Source: Felis catus | Taxonomy: Eukaryota | Direction: 5' to 3' | Assembly: GCF_018350175.1 (NCBI RefSeq) | Contig: NC_058368.1 | Location: 166,472,001-166,536,000 of the forward strand | DNA length: 64,000 nt | In this document: one piece after another, positions 13,156 to 27,142 of the stretch | Numbering within the stretch: the stretch's first letter is position 1 | Layout of the letters: the number at the start of each line of letters is the position of its first letter | The notes under the pieces: generated by a model | Seen by the model: only the letters and a program-made list of their open reading frames with translations | Databases searched by the model: none | What the model was told of the DNA's origin: nothing | Program-made: the position numbers and the translations under genes

Positions 13156-13571
13156 AAAAATGGATAAATAACTTATTAAGTTCATAATTTGATATATAAA
13201 TCAATTGATAAATCCAATATACATATTTCTTAAAATCACAAAGAGTTAAATGCAAGATATTGGCTGGAAGAGAATATGTATAAAACATGTTACTAACAAA
13301 GAAATATTTTGCAGTTTTCAACACTATGGACAAAAAACTAACTCACAAATTTTAAAAATCTTAAGATGAAAGAAAATGGACAATATATATAAACAGGCAA
13401 TTTAAGGATGAGGAGATCTAAAAGCAAATATACGAAAAGTTGCTAAAATTCACTTTTTAATCAGGGTAATCAAGAACAATTTCTTATAACCGACAAAAAG
13501 CTATAACTAGATATATGTAAAATTGACAATATTATCAATAAATGATCTCTTATTTAAATTTTAAGATATGT

Positions 13572-13768
13572 GGGGTGCTTGGGTGACTCAGTCAAGCGTC
13601 CAACTTTGGCTCAGGTCATGATCTCACGGTTCATGTGTTCGAGCCCCACGTTGCGCTCTGTGCTGACAGCTCAGAGCCCAGAGCCTGCTTTGGATTCTGT
13701 GTCTCCCTCCCATGCTGCCCCTCCCCGCTCATGCTCTGTCTATCTCAAAAATAAACATTAAAAAAAGT
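13572..13768 (+). mobile_element. Felid CanSINE
   Basis: tRNA head with GTTCGAGCCC B box; TSD core AATTTTAAGAT. Confidence 0.92.
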
Positions 13769-15229
13769 TCAATTTTAAGATGTGAAACAAGTGGACACAT
13801 GTCCATAAGTATAAAACTGAAATTAAGAACAGTGAGAGGTCTGAAAAATTACTCTTCTTGCAAGGTAACAATTTATCATGTCACTTTCATGCACGCTAGT
13901 AGAAGACACAACACACAGGATCTAAGACAAAAGACTTTATTACTCATGGCATAGTAGATAGCTTGAAAATCAATTCATCTTCATTCCTCTGGCCCAACAC
14001 TTCTCATGGAGGTAAATACTATGTACATAATGCACCTCCCTCACAGTTTAGGAAACCAGATCTTAGGAAACTAGTAAACCTGCCCCAAATTTCTCCTGGA
14101 AAGAGATGTTTTTTTATTAATAGACAACAAATGAATGCCCCAGAGGGAGATTCTGTCTTCTAAAGCTGTTCATTGCAGAAATATCTTTGAAAAGATAATA
14201 TGGAAGCTTATATAAGATATTCATAGATGCTGTGGGAAATTGTCTCTCAGTAGTAACAAGAATGGAAATGACCCAGCAAACTTCAAAATAGTGATAATAT
14301 CTGTGGAGTAAAAACCAAACAAACAACCCCCCCCAAAAAAAAGCCAGATTTCTAAGATGCTTTCAAAAATAACACTAATATTCTATTTATTTCAAAAAAA
14401 ATAGGGAAAGTCCTACTTACAGAAAGGAGGGAGTAGCTGTTGCCTAAAACAAACAAAAAGTGGATTAAGAAACAAATTATTAAAAGACATCACTGAGCTA
14501 CTAAGGCAATGGAACTTAGAAGATTCTCCACTTGATTTTAGCCAACAGGCTGAGAAGCAATGGGACCTGGAAGATTCTAGAGACAGGAGAACTGTGCAGC
14601 AGACTTTCTGTAGCTGATTTTTCTCAAGGAGTATCTACCAATTCTAGGTATAGGCAGGAGATGAAGAGTCTCTATTTTTCCCATTAAGAGTTGCCACTAC
14701 CAATATGAAATGACAACAGCCAAGATATTGGTGGTTTTGCAGGACTTGAGTAATGTAGTTAAAAACTTTCCAATCTCAAACATACAGTTCGTCTTATGAA
14801 GACCTTTTCCAAATCCTAAAGCTATATTGTAGAGAGACAGGTCTTAAAGGTACGGTGACAAGAGAATTGGAAAGCCGGGGGCTAAGACTCTCCAGGAGCC
14901 GAAGCATCAGTCTCCTGGCTCAAGCCTGTTTTATTTTTGCAAATTGTCTGATAACAGCAAGCACATACAACAGAGTATTTGGAATCTTGACAGGTCGTGC
15001 ACCTGCAGTGTATTCCATACTGGGCCATGAGTACATCTGGCACCAGACAAAACATTCTTATCCCAGGCCTGGCACCCATATGATGTCCTTCTGGAGAGAA
15101 TGAGCAGTCCCGGTGGCCTTCCGTCCTGGGAATGAAACTGCTTTCAGTTTCGTCCTGTTCTGTCTCTTTCCTTTAGGACATTCTTACGATGCCTCTGGTC
15201 TCTTGTTCTCCAACACTATATAGATTAGA

Positions 15230-15860
15230 AGGGAGTATATACTTCACAACCCTTTTGCTGTTATTCTTAACCATATGACTTGCTTTGGTCTATGAGATTT
15301 GAGCAGAAGTGACAGTGAAACAGTTCCAAATTTATCATGTAGAAGATGCTGTATATTTCTAGTGTCCCTGTTGGGAGTTTTTGACACTGTTCAAGAAAGA
15401 ACATATTTGAGGTAGCCAATATCCCTGACCTGAGTTTGATAGATTTTGAGTATATCAAACTCACCTAACCAATTCTACCATCAATACAGAAACCAAAACC
15501 CCTGAAGGAATGCCGATTAAGGTATGTCACTGAGATTTTGGTGGTGTGTGCTATATAGCATCGGTGTGATACTAGATGACTAATACAGAAATTGGTACCT
15601 AGGTGAAAATTGTTAACAAAATCTTATGTAACACCGGCTCTAGGGAAGGTGTTAGATAGTGAGTAAAGTGTCAGCAAATGCTGGGATCAGTGAACCCATA
15701 GTTATGGAGTGCCAAAATACTTGCTAAAGCTTGAACTCCAATAAACGGAAAGAAAAAAAATCTAGTTTATAATCTTGTGGAGCTGGGTGAGGGACCTATG
15801 AGACACAACGTTGGATGAGTGAATTGTCTGCTTCTGTTGTAGATCACATGTACCTATGTG
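15230..15860 (+). mobile_element. MaLR (MLT1-type) LTR followed by the start of the internal region
   Basis: ccatatgacttgctttgg...gagcagaagtgac; cactgagattttggtgg...gactaatacag followed by aaattggtacc, a typical MaLR LTR/internal junction. Confidence 0.6.
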
Positions 15861-15869
15861 CAAAAAAAA

Positions 15870-17320
15870 AGCTAAAAATATATACAAGAAAATTACTGAA
15901 ATGCGTACAAGAATTTATCAAGTAAACAGATTATATACAAGGTTAGAGTCCAGTACTTGGCATACCTGTACAGTAGCCAAACCATGAGGATCAGATTTTT
16001 AAAATATTTCCCTATACCACAACATCAATAGCATAAAATCTGTAAATGGTATACAAAAGATATATAGTAAAAACTAAAATTATTGAGAATAACTAAAGGA
16101 GACATAAATAGTTCATGGAATAGTAAATCAGTTATACTCTATAGAGGAAGCACAGCTCCAAAAAAAAATAATCCAACCAGTTACATTTTTTTGATAGGAA
16201 GCAAAGGCATAACAAATTCTGAAATTTATATTGAACTCCAAAGGCGAAAATGACCCTTGTGAAATGCAAGTAGAAATGATGGACAATGAAAGGAGTAGAA
16301 ATGTGAGAAATATAAATGCCTACTCATTGTAATTACCCCAAATAATAATGCATTGTATTTTTCAATATGTGTACAATTAACAAATATAATATTTACAGCA
16401 CAAAGAAAAATAAAAGATCTAAATACTGCCATATGTTTCTAAAAATTTAATCCATTATTAAAACTTTTTCAGAAAGAAAAGTCCAGACTTAAATCATTTT
16501 GCAGGTGAATCTTCCAAACCTAGAAGGAGGAAACATGACCAATCTTATATAAAGTCCTCTAGAGAATAGAGAAAGAATATTTTCCAACTCCTTAAAGGAG
16601 ACCCTGTATCCTTCATAATAACCACAACAAGGACTTTATAAATGACAAAAAAAATCCCTTCACAAGATAGCACATCAAACAGGTGAATTATCAAAAGTAT
16701 ACTGTATCATGACTAAGTGACAGTTACTCCAAGAATGCTACAGTGATAGGAAATCAGTATAATTTAACATATTAATCAAAGAAAGAAAAATTACATAACC
16801 CCAAAAGTGAAGAAAACTATTAAATCTTAACATGCAATCATGTTTAAAACACAAAAACTTTTTATATTAATATGGGGGAAAAGGACTTCCCTACTCTAAA
16901 AAATAGCATCTGCCAAAAACTTAGACAAATATCATGCTCAATGGCAAATTACTGAAATTCTTCCTCTCAGGAGAGCAAAACAAGAATGCTTGCTTTCAAC
17001 CTTTCTAATTAATATTATCCCAAAGGTCCAGGCCAAAGCATTAAGCGTTGAAAATAAGTAATTAGTATAATAAAAGAGAAGGAAAAATGACTTAGATTAT
17101 TTGCCAGTGAAATTATTGTATATAAAGAATGAATAATGAATGATAGTGAATGGTTAAACTGGTTCATCCAGATTATTAAATAGAACTCTGCTAAAAAGGA
17201 AACAGATTATAGATATACAAACAACCATGAAGATGAATCTCTGGGAAATTATGCCAAATGAAAAAAAAAATCCAAAGATTTACATACTATATTATTCTCT
17301 TCTTATAGTATATCTTTAAC
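15870..17320 (+). mobile_element. Ancient L1M ORF2/3' fragments
   Basis: Relic of the SPGPDGFTGEF region (aaaagtccagacttaaatcattttgcaggtgaatcttccaaac) and a 3'UTR-like stretch gatgaatctc...attatgccaaatgaaaaaa. Confidence 0.65.
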
Positions 17321-17615
17321 TTAAAAAAATACAAATTTCTATGAAGAAAACACAAATGGAATTTCTGATGGAGCTGTACTTTACCAAGAATCCTTAAATT
17401 ATAGATACAGATAATTCACATTCACTTAGTCATTTATTCATTCTTTCCAAGGTAATATTCTATCCTTTTACTGTACAAGCAAGTAACTGCACCAAAAAAG
17501 TAAGAGCCAAAAAGAAAAAAAAATGCACAAAGTACTAAAGGATGTCAAGAGGTTAATAATTGTGTAAAAATTAGAATTTTAAAATACAGTTGAATCTTTA
17601 AAATACCTGATGAGA

Positions 17616-17820
17616 GGGGCGCCTGGGTTGCTCAGTCTATTAAGCATCTGACTTGGGCTCAGGTCATGATTTCACAGTTCCTGAGTTGAAGCCCCGCATC
17701 TGGCTCTGTGCTGATAGCTCAGAACCTGGAGGCTGCTCTGAATTTTTGGCTCCCTCTTTGCCCCTCCTGCTCTCTGTCTCTCACACAAAAATACATAAAA
17801 ATCACACACACACACAAAAA
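17616..17820 (+). mobile_element. Felid CanSINE
   Basis: GGGGCGCCTGGG head; TSD core AAATACCTGAT. Confidence 0.92.
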
Positions 17821-17949
17821 TTAAATACCTGATAAGATTAAGAAAAGCATTTCAGTTTTATACACACAATTTGCCTCGTGACAAAGCACTTACAAGAGCT
17901 ACAAAATTTAGAAATAAGATATACATTCTTTGTTCACAGAACTAATAAT

Positions 17950-18356
17950 AGTCCTTAATCTTTTTATTTTTCTCTTAGTTTCAGGTGTAGAAATTAGTAT
18001 TTCATCACTTGTATACAGCACCCATTGCTCATCACAACAAGTGCCCTGCTTAATACCCATCAACCATTTAACCCATCCTCCTGCCCATCTCCTCTCCAGG
18101 AACCCCTCAGTTTGTTCTCTATAGTTAAGAGTCTGTTTTCTGGTTTCCCTTATTTTACCCCCTATGTTCATCTGTTTTGTTTCTTAAATTCCAGATGTGA
18201 GTGAAATCAGACGGTATTTGTTTTTCTCTGACATGCTTCACTGAGCATTATACTCTCCAGTTCCATTCATGTCACTGCAAATGGCAAGATTTCATTCTTT
18301 TTATGACTAATATTCCATTGTATGTATGTATATATATGTATGTGCATATATATACA

Positions 18357-18405
<49 letters not shown>

Positions 18406-20680
18406 CTTTATCCATGTGTGGTTCATTTTGGCCATTCTGACAGGTGTGAGGTGATACCTCATTGTGGTTTTGATTTGGATTTCCCTGATGATGAGTGATG
18501 TTGAGCACTTTTTCATGTGTCGGTTGGCCACCTGGATGTCGACTTTGGATAAATGTCTTTTCATGTCTTCTGCCCATTTCTTCATTGGATGATGTGTTTT
18601 TTGGGTATTGAATTTGATAAATTCTTTGTATGGTTTGGATACTAACCCTTTATCTGATATGTCATTTGAAAATATCTTCTCCCATTCTATCAATTGCCTT
18701 TTAGATTTGTTGTTTGTTTCCTTTTCTGTGCAGAAACCTTATATTGTCATGAAGTCCCAATAGTTCATTTTGCTTTGTTTCTCTTGCCTCAGGAAGGGAA
18801 GTGAGAAATTGCTGTGATGATGTCAAAGAGGTTACTGCCTGTGTTCTTTTTAAGGGTTTTGATGGTTTCCTGTCTCACATTTAGGGCTTTCTTCCATTTT
18901 GAGTTTATTTTTGTGTATGGTGTAAGAAAGTGGTCCAGGTTCATTTTTCTGCATGTCGCTGTCCAGTTTTCCCAGCACCACTTGCTGAAAAGACCGTCCT
19001 TATTCCATTGGATATTCTTTCCTGCTTTGTCAAAGACTAGTTGGCCATACGTTTATGGGTCCATTTCTGGGTTCTCTATTCTGTTCCTTTGATCTGAGTG
19101 TCTGTTTTTGTACCAGTCCCATACTGTCTTGATGACTACAGCTTTGTAATACATCTTGAAATTAGAATTGTGATGCTTCCACCTTTGCTTTTCTTTTTCA
19201 AGATTGCTTTGCCTATTTGGGGTCTTTCTTTGTGGTTCTATACAAATTTTAGAATTGTTTGTTCTTGCTCTGTGAAAAATGCTGGTTGTATTTTGATAGG
19301 GATTGCATTGAATGTGGATATTGCTTTGGGTAGTATAGACATTTTAACAACATTTATTCTTCCAATGCATGAGTATGAAATGTTTTTCCATTTTTTTGTG
19401 TACTCCTCAATTCCTCTCCTTAGTGTTCAATAGTTTTCAGAGTACAGATCTTTTACCTCTTCGGTTGGGTTTATTCCCAGGTATCTTATGGTTTTTGGTA
19501 TAATTGTAAATGGGGTTGATTTCTTGATTTCTCTTTCTGCTACTTCATTATTGGTATATAGAAATGCAAGAGATTCCTGTACAGTGATTTTGTATCCTGA
19601 AACTTCATGTATCACTTTGTATCCTGAATTCATGTATCAGTTCTAGCAATTTTTTTGGTGGAGTCTTTTGGATTTTCCACATAGAGCATCAGGTCATCTG
19701 TGAAAAGTGAAAGTTTGAATTATTCCTTGCAGATTTGGATACCTTCTATTTCTCTTTGGTGTCTGATTGCTGAGGCTAGGACTTCCAGGACTATGTTAAA
19801 TAACAATGGTGAGAATGGACATCCCTGTCTTATTCTTGACTGTAGAGGAAAAGCTCTCAGTTTTTCCCCATTGAAGATGATATTAGCTGTGGGATTTTCA
19901 TATATGGCCTCTGTGATGTTTAGGAATGTTTCATCTATACCTACTTTGTTGAGAAGTTTTATTATGAATGGATGTTGTACTTTGCCAAATGCTTTTTCTG
20001 CACCTATTGAGAGGATCATATGGTTCTCAGCCTTTCTTTTATTAATGTGGTGTATTATGTTGATTAATCTGTGATTATTGAACCACCCTTGAAACCCAAG
20101 AAAAAATCTCAGTTGATAATGGCAAATGATTCTTTAATGTACTATTGCAATCAATTTGCTAGTATTTTGTTGAGAATTTTTGCATCCATGTTCATCAGGG
20201 ATATTGGCCTGTAATTCTCTTTGTTAGTGAAGTCTTTGTCTGGTTTTGGAATCAGGATAATGCTGGCCTCATAAAATGAGTTTGGAAGTTTTTTTTTTTG
20301 CATTTGTATTTTTTGAAATAGTTTGAGAAGAATAGTTATTAAGTCCTCTTTAAGTATTGGTAGAATTCTCCTGGGAAACCATCTGGCCCTGGACTTTTTT
20401 GTTTGTTGGGAGATTTTTGATTATTGAATCAATTTCTTTGCTGGTAATCTTTCTGTTGATTTTCTGTATCTTCCTGTTTCAGTTTTGGTAGTTTATATGT
20501 TTCTAGGGATTTATCCATTTCTTCCAGATTTTCCAGTTTGTTGACATACTATTTTTCTTAATATTATCTTATAAACATTTGTATTTCTGTGGTGTTAGTT
20601 GTTATTTCCCCTCTCTCATTTGTGATTTATTTGGGTCCTTTCTGTTTTTGGTGGTTAGGGGTTTATTAATTTTATATATT
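17950..20680 (-). mobile_element. 5'-truncated older carnivore/feliform LINE-1 (ORF2 RT to 3'UTR) with an internal deletion and a (CA)n tract
   Basis: Minus-strand ORF2 fragments ([11 protein letters not shown]...[30 protein letters not shown]) and a carnivore L1-type 3'UTR at 17960-18200. Boundaries approximate; no clear TSD. Confidence 0.9.
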
Positions 20681-20684
20681 ATTC

Positions 20685-21065
20685 TATAATCCATTTGAAA
20701 AGACAATTTTAGAGCATATTAGTGGTTCCCAGAGGTTAGGGCTAGGGGAAGGTGGTGGTGGAGTGAAATGCGTGCGGTTATAAAATGCAACATGAGTGAG
20801 CCATGTGGTGATGAACTACCAGTCTCTCCACTATAATGGAGGATACACAAACCTACATGTGTAATAAAGTTGTAGAAAGCGGAACAGATATACAAATTGA
20901 CACAACAAAAGACGACAGGTAAAACTGGTGAATTCAAATAGGTTGTGACATTATAGTTTTACAGTATTACCATTGACAGGAAAATGGGTAAAGTATACAA
21001 AGCTCTCTGTATTCTTTCTTACAACTGGATGTGAATTTAGAATTATCTCAAAAATGTCAATTTAA
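20685..21065 (+). mobile_element. Ancient L1MC/MD-type 3' end
   Basis: gatacacaaacctacatgtg...ctctctgtattctttcttacaactggatgtgaatttagaattatctcaaaa. Confidence 0.65.
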
Positions 21066-21075
21066 AAAGTTATAT

Positions 21076-21205
21076 GGAGGCACCTGGGTGGCTCACTCTT
21101 TTTAAGCATCTGACTTCAGCTTAGGTCATGGTCTCATGGTTCGTGAGTTCGAGCCCAGCTCCACGCTCTGTGTCTCCCTCTCTTTGGCCCTCCCCCACTT
21201 GCGCG

Positions 21206-21264
<59 letters not shown>

Positions 21265-21310
21265 CCTCAAAAAAAAAAATAAAAATAAACACCAAAAAAT
21301 TTTAAAAATA
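21076..21310 (+). mobile_element. Felid CanSINE with an internal deletion, (GC)5 and long (CT)n
   Basis: Head GGAGGCACCTGGGTGGCTCA, B box GTTCGAGCCC; the segment after the B box is missing compared with the other copies. Confidence 0.88.
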
Positions 21311-21639
21311 AAATACAGTAAATTCTCCTATCAACATATTGTCTGAATTTAACTTAAATTTATATTAAATGGCCAAATACTGTTAGCAATTTCAAATGTC
21401 CTTTAAACACTGAAGTTTTATCCTACCCTGAATTAATGAATTTAAATGGCATTTTTATGACTGCTCATAGTTTGGATAAAAAAACATGAAAATCCCTACT
21501 TCTATTTAAAGTCATGATTATTAAACTTAACTGTTCTCAAATGAATTCTGAAAATTCAGTTATTTTCTCAAATGAGCTTTCTCTTTATTTCTCCAAAAGT
21601 ATGTCAAACCTTTTCCCTACATTCTCTAACCATATATTT

Positions 21640-23045
21640 CCAATTTACTCTCATAACTTGACCTCATTCCTTGAGAACATGAAACATACTTGACAGGAAC
21701 TACTTAATCTTCTTTCTAAAGCATCTAATAAATTGAACTGCATTTGGAAATCTTTCTTCCCATCAGAGTCAGTTGGGACAGTTGCCTCCTATTAAAAGCT
21801 GATCTTCATACTAAGGCTCTGCCTTCTTTTGCTTGACCATTCAATAACATGAGGAAGCGTTGTCAATAACACCACACTATTTATTCTGGAATACCTTCTA
21901 CTCACTCTTCTGCCCAAAGAATCTCAGGCCTTTCCTTGTCTCCACGTTCTCTACGTGCTTGATACTTCAGAGTACTTTAGAGTTTGAGCCTATCTAATTT
22001 TCTTTCCATTTGCAATCTTTTCTAAAATGCTCAAAATGACCAACTATATGCCAAAGATTTCCAAATGGGTACCTATAACTAGAGTTCAGCTAACTCCCTA
22101 TGTGCAATCTCCTCTCGAATTTAAAACTTTCATCGCATTTCTACTATCGTGTTTCTTGTGTTAGTAAATAGCATACTAACTCCTTAGTTATTTAAGAAAA
22201 TCTCACAAAAATGCCACCATGTGTAATCAAATTAATCTCTCTGATGTATTTAATCACTGCATCAGCAAATCCTATTGATCCTTATTCCAAAAAGAAATAG
22301 AAAATCTCATTTTCTCTAATACTATGAACTTTTCTAAGCTATTGTCTTATCTTACCTATGCTGCTTAAAAAGCTTTAACTCATTTCTGCAATCTCATTAT
22401 TCTTTGCCTATAATACTACACATTTCCCCAGGTTTTCATTTTCCATTGATTGGCCTGAGTGGCCTTTTAAAAACACATTAAACATTATATCTCCTTTAGT
22501 GCCTTCCCTTTCTAGACTAAAATTAAGACTCCAAGGATCATAGCCTGTAGGAACTTAAATGATCTATTTAGGAAATCAGATAATTTGGCTTTTGCTCATC
22601 AACCCCCATTTTTATATCTCTATGCTTCTCATATACTTAAATCCGGACATATTGTCCTTCTTTTACAACAATATGCCAGAGTATTCCTCAACACCTATAT
22701 TTTCGATATTCCAAATTTCTGGAAAATTCTCCATACTTCTTAACATTTCAAGTTTTTGGAATTTGAATCTCAGATCAATAGTAATCTCTTCAAAAAGGTC
22801 TTTCCTGACTTCACCACCCCAAGTATCCTCATATCAAGCTACTCCCCTTGATCCCATCACATATAATTTTTCATTTAAAGAAGTAAGAATTGATTGACTT
22901 ATTTAATTGATTACTGACTGCTTTGGTGCACTAGAATTTGAGCTTTAAGGGTATGGATATCATTTGTCAAATTCATCTCACTTCCAAGTGATTAGAATGA
23001 GACTTGAAACACAGAAGCACTCAATAAGTATTTTGAATATATGTT
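21640..23045 (+). mobile_element. Decayed L2 LINE
   Basis: CT-rich plus strand; aggtctttcctgac; ends in an L2-like terminus cacagaagcactcaataagtattttgaat. Confidence 0.6.
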
Positions 23046-24148
23046 AATAGTAGCATGCTCTCCTTCAGTTATTGCCAATTTTTCTTATCCATTTTAAGAA
23101 TAGAAAGATCTAAAGACAATCCTTATATATCTTCTTGGATCCTTCTAATTAATCATTGCATATAAGAGTGATATTTTAAAACAATTCTGAATAAGACAAC
23201 TCATGCTTAAGTATTTCCATTGGCTTCCTATTGTTCTTAGAATAAAGACCAGACTGTAACTATTATACAAGATTTTCGATGGATTGGATTTTGCCTTTCT
23301 TATTGTTTTTTTCACCATTATTTTCATCATATTCATTTTAATATCAGCTGAATTTTGTCTTATTTCAAAGTTTCCTAAATGGATTAGCCTTGTAAAACCT
23401 CAAGTTACTTATTTTATCCTAAGAGAAGTGGTAAAAATTAAGTACAACATATTAACAAATAAGATGGAAAATTGAAATGAATGTAGCCCTAATATTTTAA
23501 TGCATTTACTTTGGAAATTGAACATGAATTTCAAAATATTCTCACTACTTCAAAGGATTTCAAGAGTGCTAAAATGTATACAGGCAGCAATTTTTGTCAT
23601 TGGGAACTTTTGCAAGTATAGTTGTCCAATAGGATATTATTTCAATAATTTTTAACAAAAAGAAGAGTTACGATTATTCATAAAATGTTACCTTCTCAAT
23701 CTACAAATATGTTTATCCTTGTGTAGATCATAATTCTAAAATGTAATATAAGATTATCAGTTCTTGGTAAAAAATTAAAATATAATTTCAATATTATGCT
23801 AAAGGCATTGTTATGTGTCATCCATGAATTGGCTTTTTATATTGCAATTTAAGGATTTTTTTACCTAATTTAATCTGCAATTACCTTAATTTTAATAGTG
23901 TAATACATTGCACACAGTTAATTAAGCATTAGAGTCATTTTTTAAAAGTGTGAATCAATTGAATTGTGGCATGGTTTCAGTGAAGAGATTCCAGGTTAAG
24001 TTATAAAATTTAGCATAACTGACATACAGCTATATGGCTTATTTTTTCCCTTGGATTTGGATGAGCAAATCACGTTATATCTCCTGAGGCCAACATTAGA
24101 ATGAAAACATTTTAATGAAGAAAAAACACATTTAAAAGAGCAATTTTT

Positions 24149-24350
24149 TAAAACATTTATTTTTGAGACAGAGAGAGAGAAAGCATGAACAGGGGAGGGT
24201 CAGAGAAAGAGGGAGACATAGAATCTGAAACAGGCTCCAGGCTGTGAGCTGTCAGCACAGAGCCTGATGTGGGGCACGAACCCACGGACCGTGAGATCAT
24301 GACCTGAGCCGAAGTCAGACGCTTAACCGACTGAGCCACCCAGACGCCCC
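24149..24350 (-). mobile_element. Felid CanSINE
   Basis: Perfect TSD AAAGAGCAATTTTT at 24135-24148 and 24351-24364. Confidence 0.95.
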
Positions 24351-26203
24351 AAAGAGCAATTTTAAAACGTAATATGAGCTTTATTTTCCAGACTTACAAT
24401 TGGTAAACACATAAGGAAATATTTTTGGAATTCAAATGGAAAGCAGTAAATTCATGGAGTGCTGTTTACAAATGAGTCTTATTAGCTATAGCTATGTAAA
24501 GGTGTGCTTAAGAAAGAAGATAGAGAAACAACTTAGAGCGGATCAATGGAGAAGTAAAGTTTCAGAAGGTGAATCTTATCTCTAAGAGAGCTAATCCAAA
24601 CAAAGGAGAAAAGAATATCTGTAGATTCATGGCACTTCAATATCAAAATGAGACACACTCAGCACCTGGACAATAGAGGCTCTCACTAAATATTCGTTCA
24701 TATTCTCCCATCACTTGCACTTAAACATTTTGGAAAAAATACTGTGTGTGGTTGTTGTTTTGCTTTTAAAGATAAAGGATTCCTTCTTAGACAAGAAACA
24801 GACTGAATGAAATGGAGAGAAAAAAAAGCTACCAGTGCCCGATTTGCCTTAAAATATATATGAGTGTGTGCGCGCACACACATACACACACACACACACA
24901 TTTCAAAAAAGATAGTAACATAGTGTCGATAGTATGTATTAAGCTTAATTTTAAGCCAATCCCACACGTTAATTTAGTTCTTACAACTTTGTTAAATTAG
25001 CACCATGATTACCTCCATTTACAAAAGAGAGTAACAAAGCATAGTAATTTCCTTAAGGTCACAAAGCTGATCAAAGTGATGGAGTCACATCACACTAGAT
25101 ACTCTACAAACAAATGTACAAGTCAAATTCAGGAGCTCCTGTTACGAAGCTTATGAGGACTCCATCTTTCCCCTTCTCTTGAAGTCTTTAGGTACCCTTC
25201 CTTCACAGCCTCGCTTAGTCTAGAATCACTGTCTTACAATGAAGCAACTCTACAATTCCACGATTATATTTTAAAAGAATTATTTCATCCTGAAATCCTG
25301 AAATCAAATTATTTCAAGGAAATATTTGTGTATTTGCTGAAAGTGTATCACATGGGTACTCAAAGTATGCTTACAAAGTGTTATAATATCCCTCCATCTG
25401 ATCCTCATGTACGACAGTGAAACTTTTGAAAGCCCAGGAAATCTGCCACAGAGAATAGTTCACTGATACTAACATCTTTGTTCTTCAGAATGTCAATGTT
25501 GCTTCATCCTTACCTGTTTACAGTTGAATTTTGATACTATTTTGAATGAATTTTAAAATGATTTTTTCCACCAAATGAAGTAAAATGAATCCAGAAGGAG
25601 GTGTAAGCAGTGTCCTTTCAAACTCTCTTCCTTTTGTACTGTCAGGATTCTGTGTAATTTTAACATAAGGGATTCAGTCTATCACTGAATGGTTTTATTT
25701 TATTACACCATGATAAGTGATTCCAAGTAGCCTAAGTTGTTTAGTCATAGCCCTTCTGTCAAAAAAATATCTAAAGAAATGTGCTAAGTACAAAGCTTTC
25801 CGCTAAGAAAGGGAGGCAGGTAATTAATTTAGTTCCTAGAAAGATGATAATTATCCACTTATCCAAAAGCCATTCTGCTATTAGTAGCCATTGCTTTTAA
25901 AATTTTAGAATCCACAAGAGCATTTCTGAAATTAAAGTCACTATTAAAAAATTACTATTTTACCAAGAAGTGATAGTAAGCAAATTAGGTGCCTAATACA
26001 GTTTAGAATTATCATCAAGATATATAGCCTCATTTGTAGATATTTCAGTGAAATTTTAAATTAGCCAATAGAAGAAGAATACTTAATAATATAATAGATA
26101 TAAGAAGCTCAATAGATTTTACCTGACATCTATATTAACTATGAGATTCAAATCAAGGGCTAGTCATAATGAACGAAACAGAGCTAGCCCTATGGCTCGC
26201 TCT

Positions 26204-26205
26204 TT

Positions 26206-26263
<58 letters not shown>
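26204..26263. repeat. (TTTC)15 tetranucleotide microsatellite
   Basis: Read directly from the sequence. Confidence 0.95.
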
Positions 26264-26264
<1 letters not shown>

Positions 26265-27142
26265 CTTCATTTGTTCTTGTTCTTTCTGTGTTTCAAACAT
26301 AATGATTAGCAGCTGCTTGAATCTTCTAGAAAGGAAAATACAAGAAACTAAATCCCTGCTTTCATTCTTCATTTGTGTCTGACAATTAAGGTAATATGCT
26401 TTTATCTTTGTATACCTAATCAAAAGCAGACCTTGCAGAGTCAGGAAGGCACCAAAATGAAAGCAAAAGATTCTGGCCTTAGGAAGCATTTTAGGGGAGA
26501 TGTTAAGTCATAAATTATGCATAAATAAAGCCATATTAATGTATAAATTGAGAGATTCCCTTTTATACTGTTTTCCTAAGTGGGCTCATCACTAAAATAA
26601 AAAGAAAATCTGATGCAGCTTCTTTCTGTTTGCTAAACATGCTTACCATTTTTCTTAACACAGAGAAAACCCATAAAAATATTAAGTGGTTTATAGGGCT
26701 GCAAGGTCCCCTCCAGTTACTGCCAATTTTACTTGTTAGCTTTAAGAATAGAAAGATCTGAAGACATGCTTTATTTCAAGAATTTCAAGCCTAACCACTT
26801 AATCAAAAACAGTTTAGAAGTTAAAAAATGGGTATGACTTAAACACATTCTAGCATGCTGTCAAAGAAGCTCAGGTGCACATTTTCCCTGGCCGTTTTTG
26901 TCTTTAAGGAAGGAAGAGACTCTGACTCCAAATACACATCAATATTTTAATTGACCTCTTGTTCTCATTTTCCTTAATGTTACAGAGAGACGTCTGTGCC
27001 TTTACCTGTTGAAAAACAAAACAAACTTCTTTCTCACAGAGGTTGGGGGCAGTATTACGATATTTAAAGTATTTTCAAAGAGGCTTTGACCCTTGTCAGA
27101 ATAATTGTTAGGAATATATTTACTTATATTAAAAACATGCTT

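Larger units (their letters stand above)
9750..13560 (+). mobile_element. Highly decayed ancient L1M fragments, interrupted by SINEs
   Basis: A-rich plus strand; relic phrases such as agattgaatagcagattag, gatgtgattgtctacgtaaaa and catatgggaaatct...ttttgct. Boundaries rough. Confidence 0.55.
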
